Assembly (NCBI GenBank): GCA_016196885.1
Contig: JACPWU010000021.1
Coordinates: forward strand, 3,618-67,617
DNA length: 64,000 nt
Direction of reading: 5' to 3'
Source of the DNA: Chlamydiota bacterium
Lineage (GTDB): Bacteria > Auribacterota > JACPWU01
A model generated the notes under the pieces. That model made no database searches. It saw nothing but the letters and a program-made list of their open reading frames with translations, and was not told the origin of the DNA. This document shows positions 52,570 through 61,903 of this stretch, piece by piece. The position numbers and the translations under genes were made by a program. How positions within the stretch are numbered: position 1 is the first letter of the stretch; the number at the start of each line of letters is the position of its first letter.

Positions 52570-54036
52570 TTAACTTCCAAAAAAATCATCCAGGGTTAAA
52601 ATGGTATCAAAATAAGCCCCTGTCTTCACTGCTTTTTGAACGCCGTGGGAGGCAATGAGGACTCTGCGAAAACTTTTTTTCTTGAGTTGGAGATGCGTTT
52701 CAAAAAGTTTTATCTTATCCTCAAAAGCATGAACTACTTCCATCCCGACAGGCCTTCTCTGATATTTGATTTCGCAAAGCGTTATCACGTGATCATCCCG
52801 GTCAAAGACAAGATCCATTTGAAAACCAGGATTCTTGTCTTGAGTCTTCCGGTTAAAAAAGACCCCGTGGCGATATCGGACAGATGCAAATCCCAAAAGA
52901 TCGGCAAGGTCTGTATGATGGCTTCTACAAAACCTCTCGAAGGCCAAACCCAACCATTTTTGATAACTTGAAACATCGAGTCCCATCCCGGGATTTTCGT
53001 CAAAGTCACCCAGGGTAATACGATTCAGTTGGGGTCGGATAAATTTATTGTAGAATTGAATGTAGTAGTCTCTGATACCGTATCTGACCAGTAGACTTTT
53101 GAAATCAGCGAAATAAGGGGTGTTTCTCTCGATAAAGGTACATCTTTCAAGGTCCTCAAGCACTTTTGTGATCTCGCCGCCAGAACTGATTCCCAGATGA
53201 TGGGCAATTTCATCACGGGTTGAAAATTTTTTGCGGGACAAGAAGTCTAGGATTTTTTGATAATGTTTGTTCGAAGATAAACTGCTCGTAAAAATGCGAT
53301 CGTATTCTCTTACAAAAAGGCCGGTGGAAGAAAATGCGTTTTGGCAAATTCCTAAAAAGACAGAATCCGCTTCTTTAAGATATTTCAAATACTCTGGAAT
53401 TCCGCCCACCGTCAAATAGGCCTCCATGACTTCTTCATGAGATCGGCTTCCAAGAAATGTTTTAACCTCTTTCACGGAAAGTTCTTTCAGGTGAAATTCA
53501 TGCATGGAACGATTGTATAACGCCTTGGAATGCAATACCTTATTAACCAAAAAGGAAGGGGAAGACCCACACAGAATGAGCAAGAGCTTTGGATGATGTC
53601 TAAAATGATTGTCCCAAGCCCACTTCAAATCAGAAATAAATTCATCTTTTTGATCTGCTAGCCACTGAACCTCTTCAAAGTAAAGGGTCCAGATCCCTTT
53701 TCGAAGGGCATCTGCCAGAATTTTGAAAAACTCCATCCAGGTCTCATGTCCGGAAAAAGGGCGTTTCTTTTTTTTAAGGTAATAGCCCAATTGGATATAA
53801 CAACGTTTCAGTTGTTCAGAGCCCTTAAGTCCTTCAACCCCCTCAAATTTCAGGATATTCCGGTCCCGAAAGGTTTGTTCCAAAAGCTCGGTTTTCCCAA
53901 CCCGGCGACGGCCGTACATCACGATGATTTGGGCCTTGGGGGAATGGGCAATCTGGAGGAGCTTTTCTTGTTCCTGCCTTCGTCCAATGAAATTGGAATG
54001 AATGGGTATTTGTTTGGATTTCATAAAAATCGCCAA
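52570..54036 (-). CDS. AAA+ ATPase (archaeal-ATPase-like, PF01637) with C-terminal DUF234 domain
   Basis: Walker A GRRRVGKTEL, DExx-like LLILCGS, C-terminal about 100-aa DUF234-like region. Confidence 0.6.
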   Translation of the reverse strand: MAIFMKSKQIPIHSNFIGRRQEQEKLLQIAHSPKAQIIVMYGRRRVGKTELLEQTFRDRNILKFEGVEGLKGSEQLKRCYIQLGYYLKKKKRPFSGHETWMEFFKILADALRKGIWTLYFEEVQWLADQKDEFISDLKWAWDNHFRHHPKLLLILCGSSPSFLVNKVLHSKALYNRSMHEFHLKELSVKEVKTFLGSRSHEEVMEAYLTVGGIPEYLKYLKEADSVFLGICQNAFSSTGLFVREYDRIFTSSLSSNKHYQKILDFLSRKKFSTRDEIAHHLGISSGGEITKVLEDLERCTFIERNTPYFADFKSLLVRYGIRDYYIQFYNKFIRPQLNRITLGDFDENPGMGLDVSSYQKWLGLAFERFCRSHHTDLADLLGFASVRYRHGVFFNRKTQDKNPGFQMDLVFDRDDHVITLCEIKYQRRPVGMEVVHAFEDKIKLFETHLQLKKKSFRRVLIASHGVQKAVKTGAYFDTILTLDDFFGS

Positions 54037-54123
54037 TTACTGTTGTAAAATCTCATAATTGGCGATTTTTGTCAATATTTTATCCAAATAGTATCATTTT
54101 TATAGCTATTTGGATAATGGGTC

Positions 54124-55947
54124 TCATCTCCCGACCCCGCTTTGCTTACGAAGATAAATGAGAAGGGTCGTAATATCCGCGGGTGAAACCCCTGAGATTC
54201 TCGCGGCTTGACCGAGGGAACGGGGCTGAATGGAAGCGAGTTTTTCCTGGGCCTCTCTTCTAAGGCCTTGAATGGAGGCAAAGTCCATCGCAAGGGGTAT
54301 GATTTTATCTTCTAATCTTTGCATTTTCTCTATCGTCTGCTTTTCTCTTTGAATATAACCCTCGTACTTGGCCTCGATTTCGACCTGGCGAATCACATCT
54401 TGAGGGAGGGAACTTGCTTTTCCTTCGAGTCCCAGCAAAGTGGTATAAGAGGACGCGGGCCTTTTTAAAATCTGATAAAGGGTTTCTTGTCCATGTCGTG
54501 TTTTCTTTAAACGATTGAGCTCTTCCTGTATTTTTTCATTTTTTTCTTCCAGGGCTTCAAGGGCCGTTTTAGGAATAAGCCCCATTTTATAGCCGTAATG
54601 CATCAAGCGGGTATCTGCATTGTCTTGCCTTAAGAGAAGCCGATATTCGGCCCGGGAGGTAAACATGCGGTAAGGTTCCTTTGTTCCCTTGGTCACCAAA
54701 TCATCTATCAAAACCCCGATATAGGCCTCCGAGCGTTTTAAAATCAAGGGTTCTTTGCCCAGAAGCTTCAGCCCCGCATTGATCCCAGCCATCAGGCCTT
54801 GAGCCCCTGCTTCCTCATAGCCACTCGTCCCATTGATTTGACCCGCCAAGAAAAGGTTCGAGAGGGTCTTGGTCTCTAAAGTTGCATGAAGCTGCGTGGG
54901 AGGAGCAAAGTCATATTCCACCGCATAACCATAGCGAATGATTTCGGCATGCTCGAGCCCTGTAATCGAATGAACAATCTCTTCCTGAACATCTTCAGGT
55001 AAGCTCGTGGAAGAACCATTGATGTAAATTTCATCCGTGTCCAATCCTTCGGGCTCTAAAAAGATCTGATGCTTTAATTTATCTGGAAATCGCATGATTT
55101 TGTCTTCAATCGAAGGACAGTAACGCGGCCCAATTCCTACAATCCTCCCTGAATAGAGCGGAGAGCGATGAATGTTTTTCCGAATCACTTCGGCCGTTCG
55201 ATCGGTCGTATAAGTGATATAGCAAGGAACCTGTAGGAGTCTCTTTTCCACGGGGAAATGAGAAAAGGAATAGGGCTCGGGATCGCCATGCTGAACTTGA
55301 ACTTTCGAGTAATCAATAGACCGCTCACTGATTCGAGGCGGCGTTCCTGTCTTCAAACGCAAGAGTTCAATGCCTGCTTTTTGAAGGCAGTCCGAGAGCC
55401 CGTAAGAAGGAAATTCTCCCGCTCGACCCGCGGCAAAAGAAGATTCTCCCACGTGACATAATCCCTTTAAGAAAGTGCCTGTCGTAATAATGACAATTTT
55501 GCCTTTATAAATCGTTCCTGAATTTGTCTTAACTCCTTCTACTACATTATCTTTTAAAATTAACTCCTCGACAATCACTTGCCTTAAATCCAAATGAGGC
55601 TGCCTCTCAACCACGTGACGCATTTCGATGGAGTATTGCTTTTTATCCGCTTGGGCCCGGGGAGCCCAGACAGCCGGGCCCTTGCTCATGTTGAGCATTC
55701 TAAACTGAATGCTGGTTTTATCCGTGATTTTGGCCATTTCTCCACCCAGGGCATCCATTTCCCTCACCAAATGGCCCTTGGCGATTCCCCCAATCGCCGG
55801 ATTGCAGGGCATTTTGGCCACGGTGTCCAAATTGAGCGTGAAAAGGGCGGTCTCCAGGTTCATCCGGGCCGTGGCCAGAGCCGCCTCACAACCCGCATGG
55901 CCCGCACCAACCACAATAACGTCATAGGTTTTTGGATAGATATACAT
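54124..55947 (-). CDS. mnmG: tRNA uridine-5-carboxymethylaminomethyl modification enzyme MnmG/GidA
   Basis: FAD motif YDVIVVGAGHAGCEAA; track ORF trimmed to MYIYPKTYDV. Confidence 0.85.
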   Translation of the reverse strand: MYIYPKTYDVIVVGAGHAGCEAALATARMNLETALFTLNLDTVAKMPCNPAIGGIAKGHLVREMDALGGEMAKITDKTSIQFRMLNMSKGPAVWAPRAQADKKQYSIEMRHVVERQPHLDLRQVIVEELILKDNVVEGVKTNSGTIYKGKIVIITTGTFLKGLCHVGESSFAAGRAGEFPSYGLSDCLQKAGIELLRLKTGTPPRISERSIDYSKVQVQHGDPEPYSFSHFPVEKRLLQVPCYITYTTDRTAEVIRKNIHRSPLYSGRIVGIGPRYCPSIEDKIMRFPDKLKHQIFLEPEGLDTDEIYINGSSTSLPEDVQEEIVHSITGLEHAEIIRYGYAVEYDFAPPTQLHATLETKTLSNLFLAGQINGTSGYEEAGAQGLMAGINAGLKLLGKEPLILKRSEAYIGVLIDDLVTKGTKEPYRMFTSRAEYRLLLRQDNADTRLMHYGYKMGLIPKTALEALEEKNEKIQEELNRLKKTRHGQETLYQILKRPASSYTTLLGLEGKASSLPQDVIRQVEIEAKYEGYIQREKQTIEKMQRLEDKIIPLAMDFASIQGLRREAQEKLASIQPRSLGQAARISGVSPADITTLLIYLRKQSGVGR

Positions 55948-56029
55948 GTTTTCACCCACACCCATCATCCGTTTGAGTCTGAAAAATAGCAAAAAAAAAC
56001 CGTTTTGAATATGAGGATTTTTTGCTTTT

Positions 56030-56698
56030 TTATTTTGAGGCAATACTAACATCCTTGATTACTTGGGGCAGGTATAAATTCATCCAAGAGGTTTGTTTCT
56101 GAGAAAGAACCTCTTTTGTCCCAATACCCTTTGTCATTTCAAAACAGCCATTCATTTGAATTAAGAGTTCACGGACCTCTAAGCTTTCTGAAAGATTCTC
56201 CAAGGCCTTTCTAAATTCACTCGGGTAACTCGCATGAAGAAGGCATAGGTCATAAATATCTGTAGGTTCAATTCGATCCACAACACAATAGAGTTTCTCC
56301 AGGATCATGTCTTTTTCAGATAAAATCGGGCACCGAAGTTCGGGCTCATAAAGCAATGTGACCGGACGCCAAATTTTTCCAATATCGACTTTTGTTTCAA
56401 GTTTGGGATATCTGATATACAGTTGACAGAAGTGTTCTCCACGACGCGTAATTCTATATTTAACCTTCTCAAGATTACACTGCTTCACAAGCTCAAGCAT
56501 CGCCTTGTAACTAGAGATTTCTTCTTTCGGGGAGAGAATATCTACGTCCTTACTGTTGCGCGCATGTTGTGGAAGTCTTAAGGTTAGCCACGTTCCTCCC
56601 GAGAGGGCATAATTTTTACGGATGAGCGGACATTTTAAAATCCATTTGGCAAGTGATAAAATATCTTGCCTTGAAGGCTCTTCAGGCATTTTTTTCAT
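56030..56698 (-). CDS. AbiEii/DUF1814-family nucleotidyltransferase (type IV TA toxin-like)
   Basis: N-terminal motif LSGGTWLTLRL...RNSKDVDIL matches the GGTxL...RxSxDhD signature of AbiEii-type NTases; overlaps the stop of the upstream HTH gene. Confidence 0.55.
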   Translation of the reverse strand: MKKMPEEPSRQDILSLAKWILKCPLIRKNYALSGGTWLTLRLPQHARNSKDVDILSPKEEISSYKAMLELVKQCNLEKVKYRITRRGEHFCQLYIRYPKLETKVDIGKIWRPVTLLYEPELRCPILSEKDMILEKLYCVVDRIEPTDIYDLCLLHASYPSEFRKALENLSESLEVRELLIQMNGCFEMTKGIGTKEVLSQKQTSWMNLYLPQVIKDVSIASK

Positions 56699-57086
56699 AA
56701 AGACCTCGAATCAGACTTTTGCGAAAAATTCTTTCAAGAAGGGTTCTTCCTTTGCGCACATATTTTTCCGCCACAGACCTTTGAATCATTTTAGGAATGA
56801 GTTGTGGGGCACGCCTAAAAAGAATGGGAATCATTTCTTCTTTCGATGGGATTGATTGTTCTCTCCAGAAGATTGAATAGGGAGCTATTTTTTGAGGTCT
56901 TCCAGAGGAATAGTGTCCTTGAATTTTTTTAAAACGATCGAAAGAAGCTAATGGAATAAACCAGGTATGTCCCTTTTTCAAACATTGCTTCAAGCGCTTT
57001 TCCCGGCAATATCGAGCCATCAAGGACTTCGTAATTCCTAATCTTGCCGCTGCCTCAGTGGCTGTTAAGAAAACATTCTTCATCAT
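56682..57086 (-). CDS. HTH (excisionase/HTH_17-like) DNA-binding protein, putative antitoxin/regulator partner of the NTase
   Basis: MMKNVFLTATEAAARLGITKSLMARYCREKRL helix-turn-helix; track ORF (TTG start inside repeat H2) trimmed to the internal Met pair. Confidence 0.45.
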   Translation of the reverse strand: MMKNVFLTATEAAARLGITKSLMARYCREKRLKQCLKKGHTWFIPLASFDRFKKIQGHYSSGRPQKIAPYSIFWREQSIPSKEEMIPILFRRAPQLIPKMIQRSVAEKYVRKGRTLLERIFRKSLIRGLYEKNA

Positions 57087-57201
57087 GATTTTATTATACA
57101 CTATTTTGAACAATTTTTGAAAAATTTTGGGATGGTAGACTTTGGTCAAATGGACTGGATTTGATTCGGGAATTTTAAAGGTTAAAGATTTTAAGTATTT
57201 T

Positions 57202-57242
57202 AACCCTTGGACGTTTGAACTTTTCAACCCTTAAACTTTTTT
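57202..57242. repeat. Element H2 between the HTH gene and mnmE
   Basis: aacccttggacgtttgaacttttcaacccttaaacttttttt, similar to H1. Confidence 0.45.
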
Positions 57243-58652
57243 TCACTTCCCAATGCAAAACCTCGAGAAAAGGGTCTGGATCATTTCTTCATTGACAGAG
57301 GTGCCCAATAATTCATCCCATTTCAGAAGGGCGCTGTGAAGATCGCTGGAGATCAAGTCATCTCCTAAATTGTTTTCTAAGGCGTTCTGGGCACTCCTCA
57401 AGTCTTTCTCCACCGCCTGCAAGATTTCTTGATGCCGGGCGTTGACGAGGTATTGGCATTCTAAAATGTCATTTTTGGATTTCACCCATTTTAGAAGAGC
57501 CTCTTCCAGCGTTTTCAAACCCTGTCCCAAAAGGAGAGAAGTTTCAAAAAAAGGATGGCGAGGAAAGGTTTTTAAAATTTCACTTTTCGAAAAATTTTTG
57601 TTCAAATCCACTTTGTTAAAAATCAACATCGCATCTTTTCCATTGCCCAACCAGGGTTGGACCTTGGTAAGATCAAAAGGGGAGCCAGAGACATCAAAAA
57701 TCCACAAAATTAAATCCGCTTCTTCATATTGATGATGCGTGACTTCAATTCCCTTTTTCTCGACAATGTTTTCGGGTTCTCTCAGGCCCGCCGTGTCTAC
57801 CAAACGCAAGGGAACGCCATTAAAATTCATTTCGTATTCGATAGCATCTCTCGTTGTGCCCGGTAGTTCAGTCACAATGGCCAATTCTTTTTTGGCCAAT
57901 GAATTGAGAAGACTGGATTTTCCAACATTGGGCTCTCCCATGAGAACCCCTTTAAAACCCTCTTTCAAGATGCGTCGCGTTTTGGCCCCTTTTAAAAGAT
58001 TCTGAATTTCGTCCCTGATTTCTTTTAGAAGTTGAGCGTAATCTCGCGGGGAAACGCCTTGCGGAACATATTCTGGAAAATCAATGTTGGCCTCGGTCTC
58101 GACCATCACGTCAAAAATTTTTTGACGGAGGTTGAGTAATTTTCCAGAGAATTCTCCTTTCAGTTGCTGGAGGGCATATTTTCTTTGCAGTTCGGATTTT
58201 GCCTGAATCAAATCTATAACGGCCTCTGCCTGAGAAAGGTCTAAGCGGCCATTTAAAAAGGCCCTTTGGGTGAATTCTCCTGGCCGGGCTAGGCGGGCCC
58301 CTTTTTCCAAGATGAGCGACAGAATTCTTTGAGCCAGATAGGGGCTTCCGTGGAGATAAATTTCAAAAGAGTCTTCGCAGGTGTAACTTTTGGGAGCTTT
58401 AAATACACACCCCATTCCTTCATCCAAAGCCTCTTTCTCATCCGAAACGGATCCCAAATACAAGCGCTGAATCTCAAAGGAAGAAGGGGATTTGCCTGAG
58501 GACGTCCTGAAAATTTGATCGGCGATCATGAGAGAAGCGCTCCCGCTCAAGCGAAGCACGGCCAAAGCGCCTTCTCCAAGAGGCGTGGCAAGGGCCACAA
58601 TGGTGTCTTCAGCAATATTGGAGACATCTTTATTTTTCATGCCCATTTCCAT
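57243..58652 (-). CDS. mnmE: tRNA modification GTPase MnmE/TrmE
   Basis: G1 GEPNVGKSSL, G3 DTAG, G4 NKVD, C-terminal CIGK. Confidence 0.85.
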   Translation of the reverse strand: MEMGMKNKDVSNIAEDTIVALATPLGEGALAVLRLSGSASLMIADQIFRTSSGKSPSSFEIQRLYLGSVSDEKEALDEGMGCVFKAPKSYTCEDSFEIYLHGSPYLAQRILSLILEKGARLARPGEFTQRAFLNGRLDLSQAEAVIDLIQAKSELQRKYALQQLKGEFSGKLLNLRQKIFDVMVETEANIDFPEYVPQGVSPRDYAQLLKEIRDEIQNLLKGAKTRRILKEGFKGVLMGEPNVGKSSLLNSLAKKELAIVTELPGTTRDAIEYEMNFNGVPLRLVDTAGLREPENIVEKKGIEVTHHQYEEADLILWIFDVSGSPFDLTKVQPWLGNGKDAMLIFNKVDLNKNFSKSEILKTFPRHPFFETSLLLGQGLKTLEEALLKWVKSKNDILECQYLVNARHQEILQAVEKDLRSAQNALENNLGDDLISSDLHSALLKWDELLGTSVNEEMIQTLFSRFCIGK

Positions 58653-58674
58653 AACCTTATGGGTTCCAGAAACT

Positions 58675-59082
58675 TCATCGTGTCAGCCATTCCTTTAGAA
58701 AGTCTGCGGGAGATCGGACATGGACTCCCAACTTTTTCGCGGCATGAAAATGTCTTGCATTGCCCGTGACCAGGACCTCCACATGGCCCGTGACAGCCAC
58801 CTCGATGAAGGCACGGTCCGTCTCATCCAAAAACCGATCAGGGATGACTTGTGGCAAAACCAGCAGTGCCTGGTCTAACAAGGCATCCAAAAAGTCGTCA
58901 ACACTTTGATTAGAAAGGGAAAACTTTCCACGGGTGAGAACTTCACGATACTCATTGCAAATGCGATCGTCCACGCAAAGTTCCACATCACCTCGTAAGA
59001 GGAGTTGAACAACTCGATGGCAAGTCCCACCTGGTGTGAGAATGGACGACACCAAAACATTTGTATCTAGAACAATCCTCAT
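58675..59082 (-). CDS. PIN-domain ribonuclease-type toxin
   Basis: MRIVLDTNVLVSS with conserved acidic residues; ATGA overlap with the upstream antitoxin stop. Confidence 0.6.
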   Translation of the reverse strand: MRIVLDTNVLVSSILTPGGTCHRVVQLLLRGDVELCVDDRICNEYREVLTRGKFSLSNQSVDDFLDALLDQALLVLPQVIPDRFLDETDRAFIEVAVTGHVEVLVTGNARHFHAAKKLGVHVRSPADFLKEWLTR

Positions 59083-59375
59083 GGTGAAGGATGCCGTCTT
59101 CCTCTTCGAACTTGCTGAATCCACCCTTCGATCTGTGTCTTGCTCAGCCGATTCAACCCCTTTCGTCTGGCCTCTTCCTGTAGTTTAATCAAAGCGGCCA
59201 TACCCCGAGCTTGACGCCAAACACGCAAGGTTTGTTCGAAGGATCTCTCATTCAGAGGCGCGAGCAATCCCATGGGTTTACCTCTGGATGTCAATACCAG
59301 CTCTCTTTCTTCCTTTAGCATTCGCCACACAGAGCCAGGGTGGAGACGAAATTCTCTGACCGGTACGAATTTCAT
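59079..59375 (-). CDS. Phd/YefM-like antitoxin
   Basis: MKFVPVREFRLHPGSVWRMLKEERELVLTSRGKPMGLL is a typical Phd N-terminus; trimmed from the track ORF. Confidence 0.55.
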   Translation of the reverse strand: MKFVPVREFRLHPGSVWRMLKEERELVLTSRGKPMGLLAPLNERSFEQTLRVWRQARGMAALIKLQEEARRKGLNRLSKTQIEGWIQQVRRGRRHPSP

Positions 59376-59458
59376 AGGCCCTCCATTTCCTACGTAAAGT
59401 CTACATGATGTTATCCTCAAGGTCAACCTCTAAAGATTCACCTACTTGCTAAGATCGT

Positions 59459-59663
59459 GTATTTAAAAGTGTGTCCTTTTATGGATGCGGGTGGCCCGAC
59501 TGGGGGTCCCCCGCTGATCGCCAGCAGATGGAGAACATGGACCTCTCGTTACATTCAAAACCCAACCGACATCGACCCCACGGGGGCTATAACCTCTGTG
59601 CCGTCAGCGGGGGTGAGGAGGGACAGGACCCGCCTCCTCTTAAAAGGACACACTTTTAAATAC
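59459..59663. mobile_element. Family B copy B3 with outer 22-bp TIRs GTATTTAAAAGTGTGTCCTTTT / AAAAGGACACACTTTTAAATAC (MITE-like), upstream of the Phd-PIN module
   Basis: B core at 59487..59634 flanked by perfect terminal inverted repeats. Confidence 0.65.
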
Positions 59664-59741
59664 AGCATCCTTGCTAACGTCCCCTTAAAATTCTATCATT
59701 CATGAACAAAAGTCGTTGCTAAAGAGGGAGAAAGAACTTTA

Positions 59742-59822
59742 AACCCAGAATTTGCAATAGGCCGCGGAATTCGACGCAAGATCTTGCTCTTGAGTTCTCG
59801 CGTCTATTGCAAAATCTGGGTT
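59742..59822. repeat. Palindromic element G1 (aacccagaatttgcaatag ... ctattgcaaaatctgggtt)
   Basis: 81-bp element with 19-bp terminal inverted repeats and internal gcaagatcttgc palindrome, between yidC stop and element B3. Confidence 0.6.
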
Positions 59823-59901
59823 AAAAAGTAACCCTCCCATTCCCCCCTTACAAGCGAGTCCGGGTGCTCTGAAGAAACGTATCTCGAGAAAAAAAGGGGG
59901 T

Positions 59902-61569
59902 TCAAGCCCTCTTCTGAATCCGATACTGCTGTAAGATGGTAATCACGGTGTTGGTAATCCAGTAAAGGACGAGGCCTGAGGCAAAGCCGTAGAAGAGGAA
60001 CGTGAGCATCACGGGCATGAAAACCTTCATCATTTTCTGGCTGGGGTCTGAGGGCGTCATTCTCTGTTGCCAAAACATCGCAGCACCATTCAACATGGGA
60101 AGGAAATTGACCGGAAATGTCCCCAGATGAAAAAGGGTATCGGGCCTGGCCAAATCCTTGATCCAAAGGAAATCGGCCCCTCTCAATTCCAGAGAAACCA
60201 TGAGAATTTGATAAAAGGCAATGAAAATGGGCATCTGAACCAGCATGGGCAGACAACCCGCCAGGGGCTTGATGTTGTGCTCTTTGTAGAGGGCCATGGT
60301 CTCTTGCTGGATTTTTTTAGGATTCGAGCCGTGTTTCTTTTTGATTTGATCTAATTTGGGTTTCAAGGCCTGCATTTCCTTCATGGAATGAAAGCTGATG
60401 GCACTGAGCGGATAAAAGAGAAATTTAACAATCAGGGTTAAAACAATAATGGAAATTCCATAATTATGGAAAATGCGGTTGAGGCCATGAAGACTCATCA
60501 CGAAGCCACGACATAAATGTCCCCATAAGCCGTCAAACCCTAAAAGGCTTTCAAAATGATGATTAAAGGATTTAAGGAGATCATAATCCTTGGGGCCCTC
60601 GTACAATAAAAAATGCATTTTCTTCGTCTCATTCGGAGCCAATACGAAAGAGGTCGTGCGAAGTGCACAGGCGTAATAGATTTGGGAATTTTCCTCCACG
60701 CTTTCGGTGATTAAAGAGAAGGCATCCACGTCCAGAGGCTTTGCCAACAGGGTAAAATATTTGCTTTTCATGGCGGCCCAGGAAAGCTCAAAATCCTCGA
60801 CCTTGCGCTCTTTAATGGATCGAATGGATTTTCTCATATAAGATCCGCTGCCCCCAGCCAAGTAAAAGTCGACTTCAAGGGGCTGCAATTCGTCCGTTCC
60901 CGCAACAGCATTTTTGTTGAAGGAAGAGGTACGGTGACTGATTTGCTTCATAAATCCGAGAGAAAGGTCATAGCCTTTGTAGAAGCTGTAGGGCTTCTTG
61001 CGATGGTTGGTGAGAGTGATTTCTAAATCAATGGTATAATTTTCTTTTAAGGTGAATTTCTTTTGGAGCGTGATTTGGTGATCTCGAACTTCAAAGAGCA
61101 CAAAATCCGAACCCCGGTCTGCCACTCGATAGGCTCGAAAAGCATCGTGGGAAAAATCGCTCACCCTCGGCAAAGCACCGGGTTGAACGTCTGGATTTTG
61201 AAAGTCCACCAAGGGGACTTCGCGATCGTGAATGAGTCCTGTTTCTTTCAACGTGAGGGACTTCACGGCCGCCCTCCAACTGGAAAAGGTGACCTTCACC
61301 AAAGAATTTTCAAGGACAATTTCTTGCTCCTCAGGCATGGGAGTTTCATCTACCTTGGGCCCTTGAAGCAGCTCTTCAGAGGGTTTTTCACCCAAAGCCT
61401 TTTCTGAGGAGGGAGTCACTCCTTGAGAGACATTCGAAGTGGGCTGTGGAATGTGCTTGCGATAAAAATAAGACCAGCCGATGGAGATAGCAAAGCAAAG
61501 GGCAAAGGCTAAAATGATGCGCCATCCCATAGAGGGATCATTATCTTGCATCTGTGAATTTTTAGGCAT
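59902..61569 (-). CDS. yidC: Membrane protein insertase YidC
   Basis: Large periplasmic domain plus five C-terminal TM helices; track GTG start at 61650 lies inside repeat J2, so the Met at 61569 is preferred. Confidence 0.8.
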   Translation of the reverse strand: MPKNSQMQDNDPSMGWRIILAFALCFAISIGWSYFYRKHIPQPTSNVSQGVTPSSEKALGEKPSEELLQGPKVDETPMPEEQEIVLENSLVKVTFSSWRAAVKSLTLKETGLIHDREVPLVDFQNPDVQPGALPRVSDFSHDAFRAYRVADRGSDFVLFEVRDHQITLQKKFTLKENYTIDLEITLTNHRKKPYSFYKGYDLSLGFMKQISHRTSSFNKNAVAGTDELQPLEVDFYLAGGSGSYMRKSIRSIKERKVEDFELSWAAMKSKYFTLLAKPLDVDAFSLITESVEENSQIYYACALRTTSFVLAPNETKKMHFLLYEGPKDYDLLKSFNHHFESLLGFDGLWGHLCRGFVMSLHGLNRIFHNYGISIIVLTLIVKFLFYPLSAISFHSMKEMQALKPKLDQIKKKHGSNPKKIQQETMALYKEHNIKPLAGCLPMLVQMPIFIAFYQILMVSLELRGADFLWIKDLARPDTLFHLGTFPVNFLPMLNGAAMFWQQRMTPSDPSQKMMKVFMPVMLTFLFYGFASGLVLYWITNTVITILQQYRIQKRA

Positions 61570-61597
61570 TGGAGTTACCTTGTTTTCTAAAATAAGT

Positions 61598-61682
61598 GAA
61601 AAATGAAAAGTGAACAATGAAAATTTGCCAAGAACTTTAACGAAATTCACTTCTTATTCTTAATTTTTCATTCTTAATTTTT
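61598..61682. repeat. Element J2, yidD-yidC junction
   Basis: gaaaaatgaaaagtgaac...attcttaatttttcattcttaattttt; overlaps the yidD stop and creates the N-terminal GTG extension of the yidC ORF. Confidence 0.5.
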
Positions 61683-61896
61683 AACTGTCCTTTATTGGAT
61701 CATATCCGCCCGAGTGAAAGGGATGACATTTTAAAATTCTTTTTAAACCCAAAAATAAACCTCGCCAGCCCCCTTTTTTCTCGACCGCAAGGCGACAATA
61801 CTCCGAGCAATTGGGCTGGAAACGACAGGCGGGCCCGAGAAAAGGTGAAACGAGCGTTTGATACATCCGAATCAAAAGAGAAACAAGCATTTTCAT
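61681..61896 (-). CDS. yidD: Membrane protein insertion efficiency factor YidD
   Basis: YQTLVSPFLGPACRFQPNCSEYCRLAVEKKG is the YidD signature. Confidence 0.8.
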   Translation of the reverse strand: MKMLVSLLIRMYQTLVSPFLGPACRFQPNCSEYCRLAVEKKGGWRGLFLGLKRILKCHPFHSGGYDPIKDS

Positions 61897-61903
61897 GAAA
61901 TTT

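Noticed and set aside
59457-59705. ORFs translated from B elements (59457..59705, 59471..59659, 30587..30892, 30594..30788, 31292..31510: MGGPTGGPP, SDWGSPD...)
   Set aside because: They overlap repeat copies whose nucleotide changes are compensatory for base pairing rather than codon-preserving, and they use TTG/GTG starts without SD. They are best explained as non-coding structured elements.
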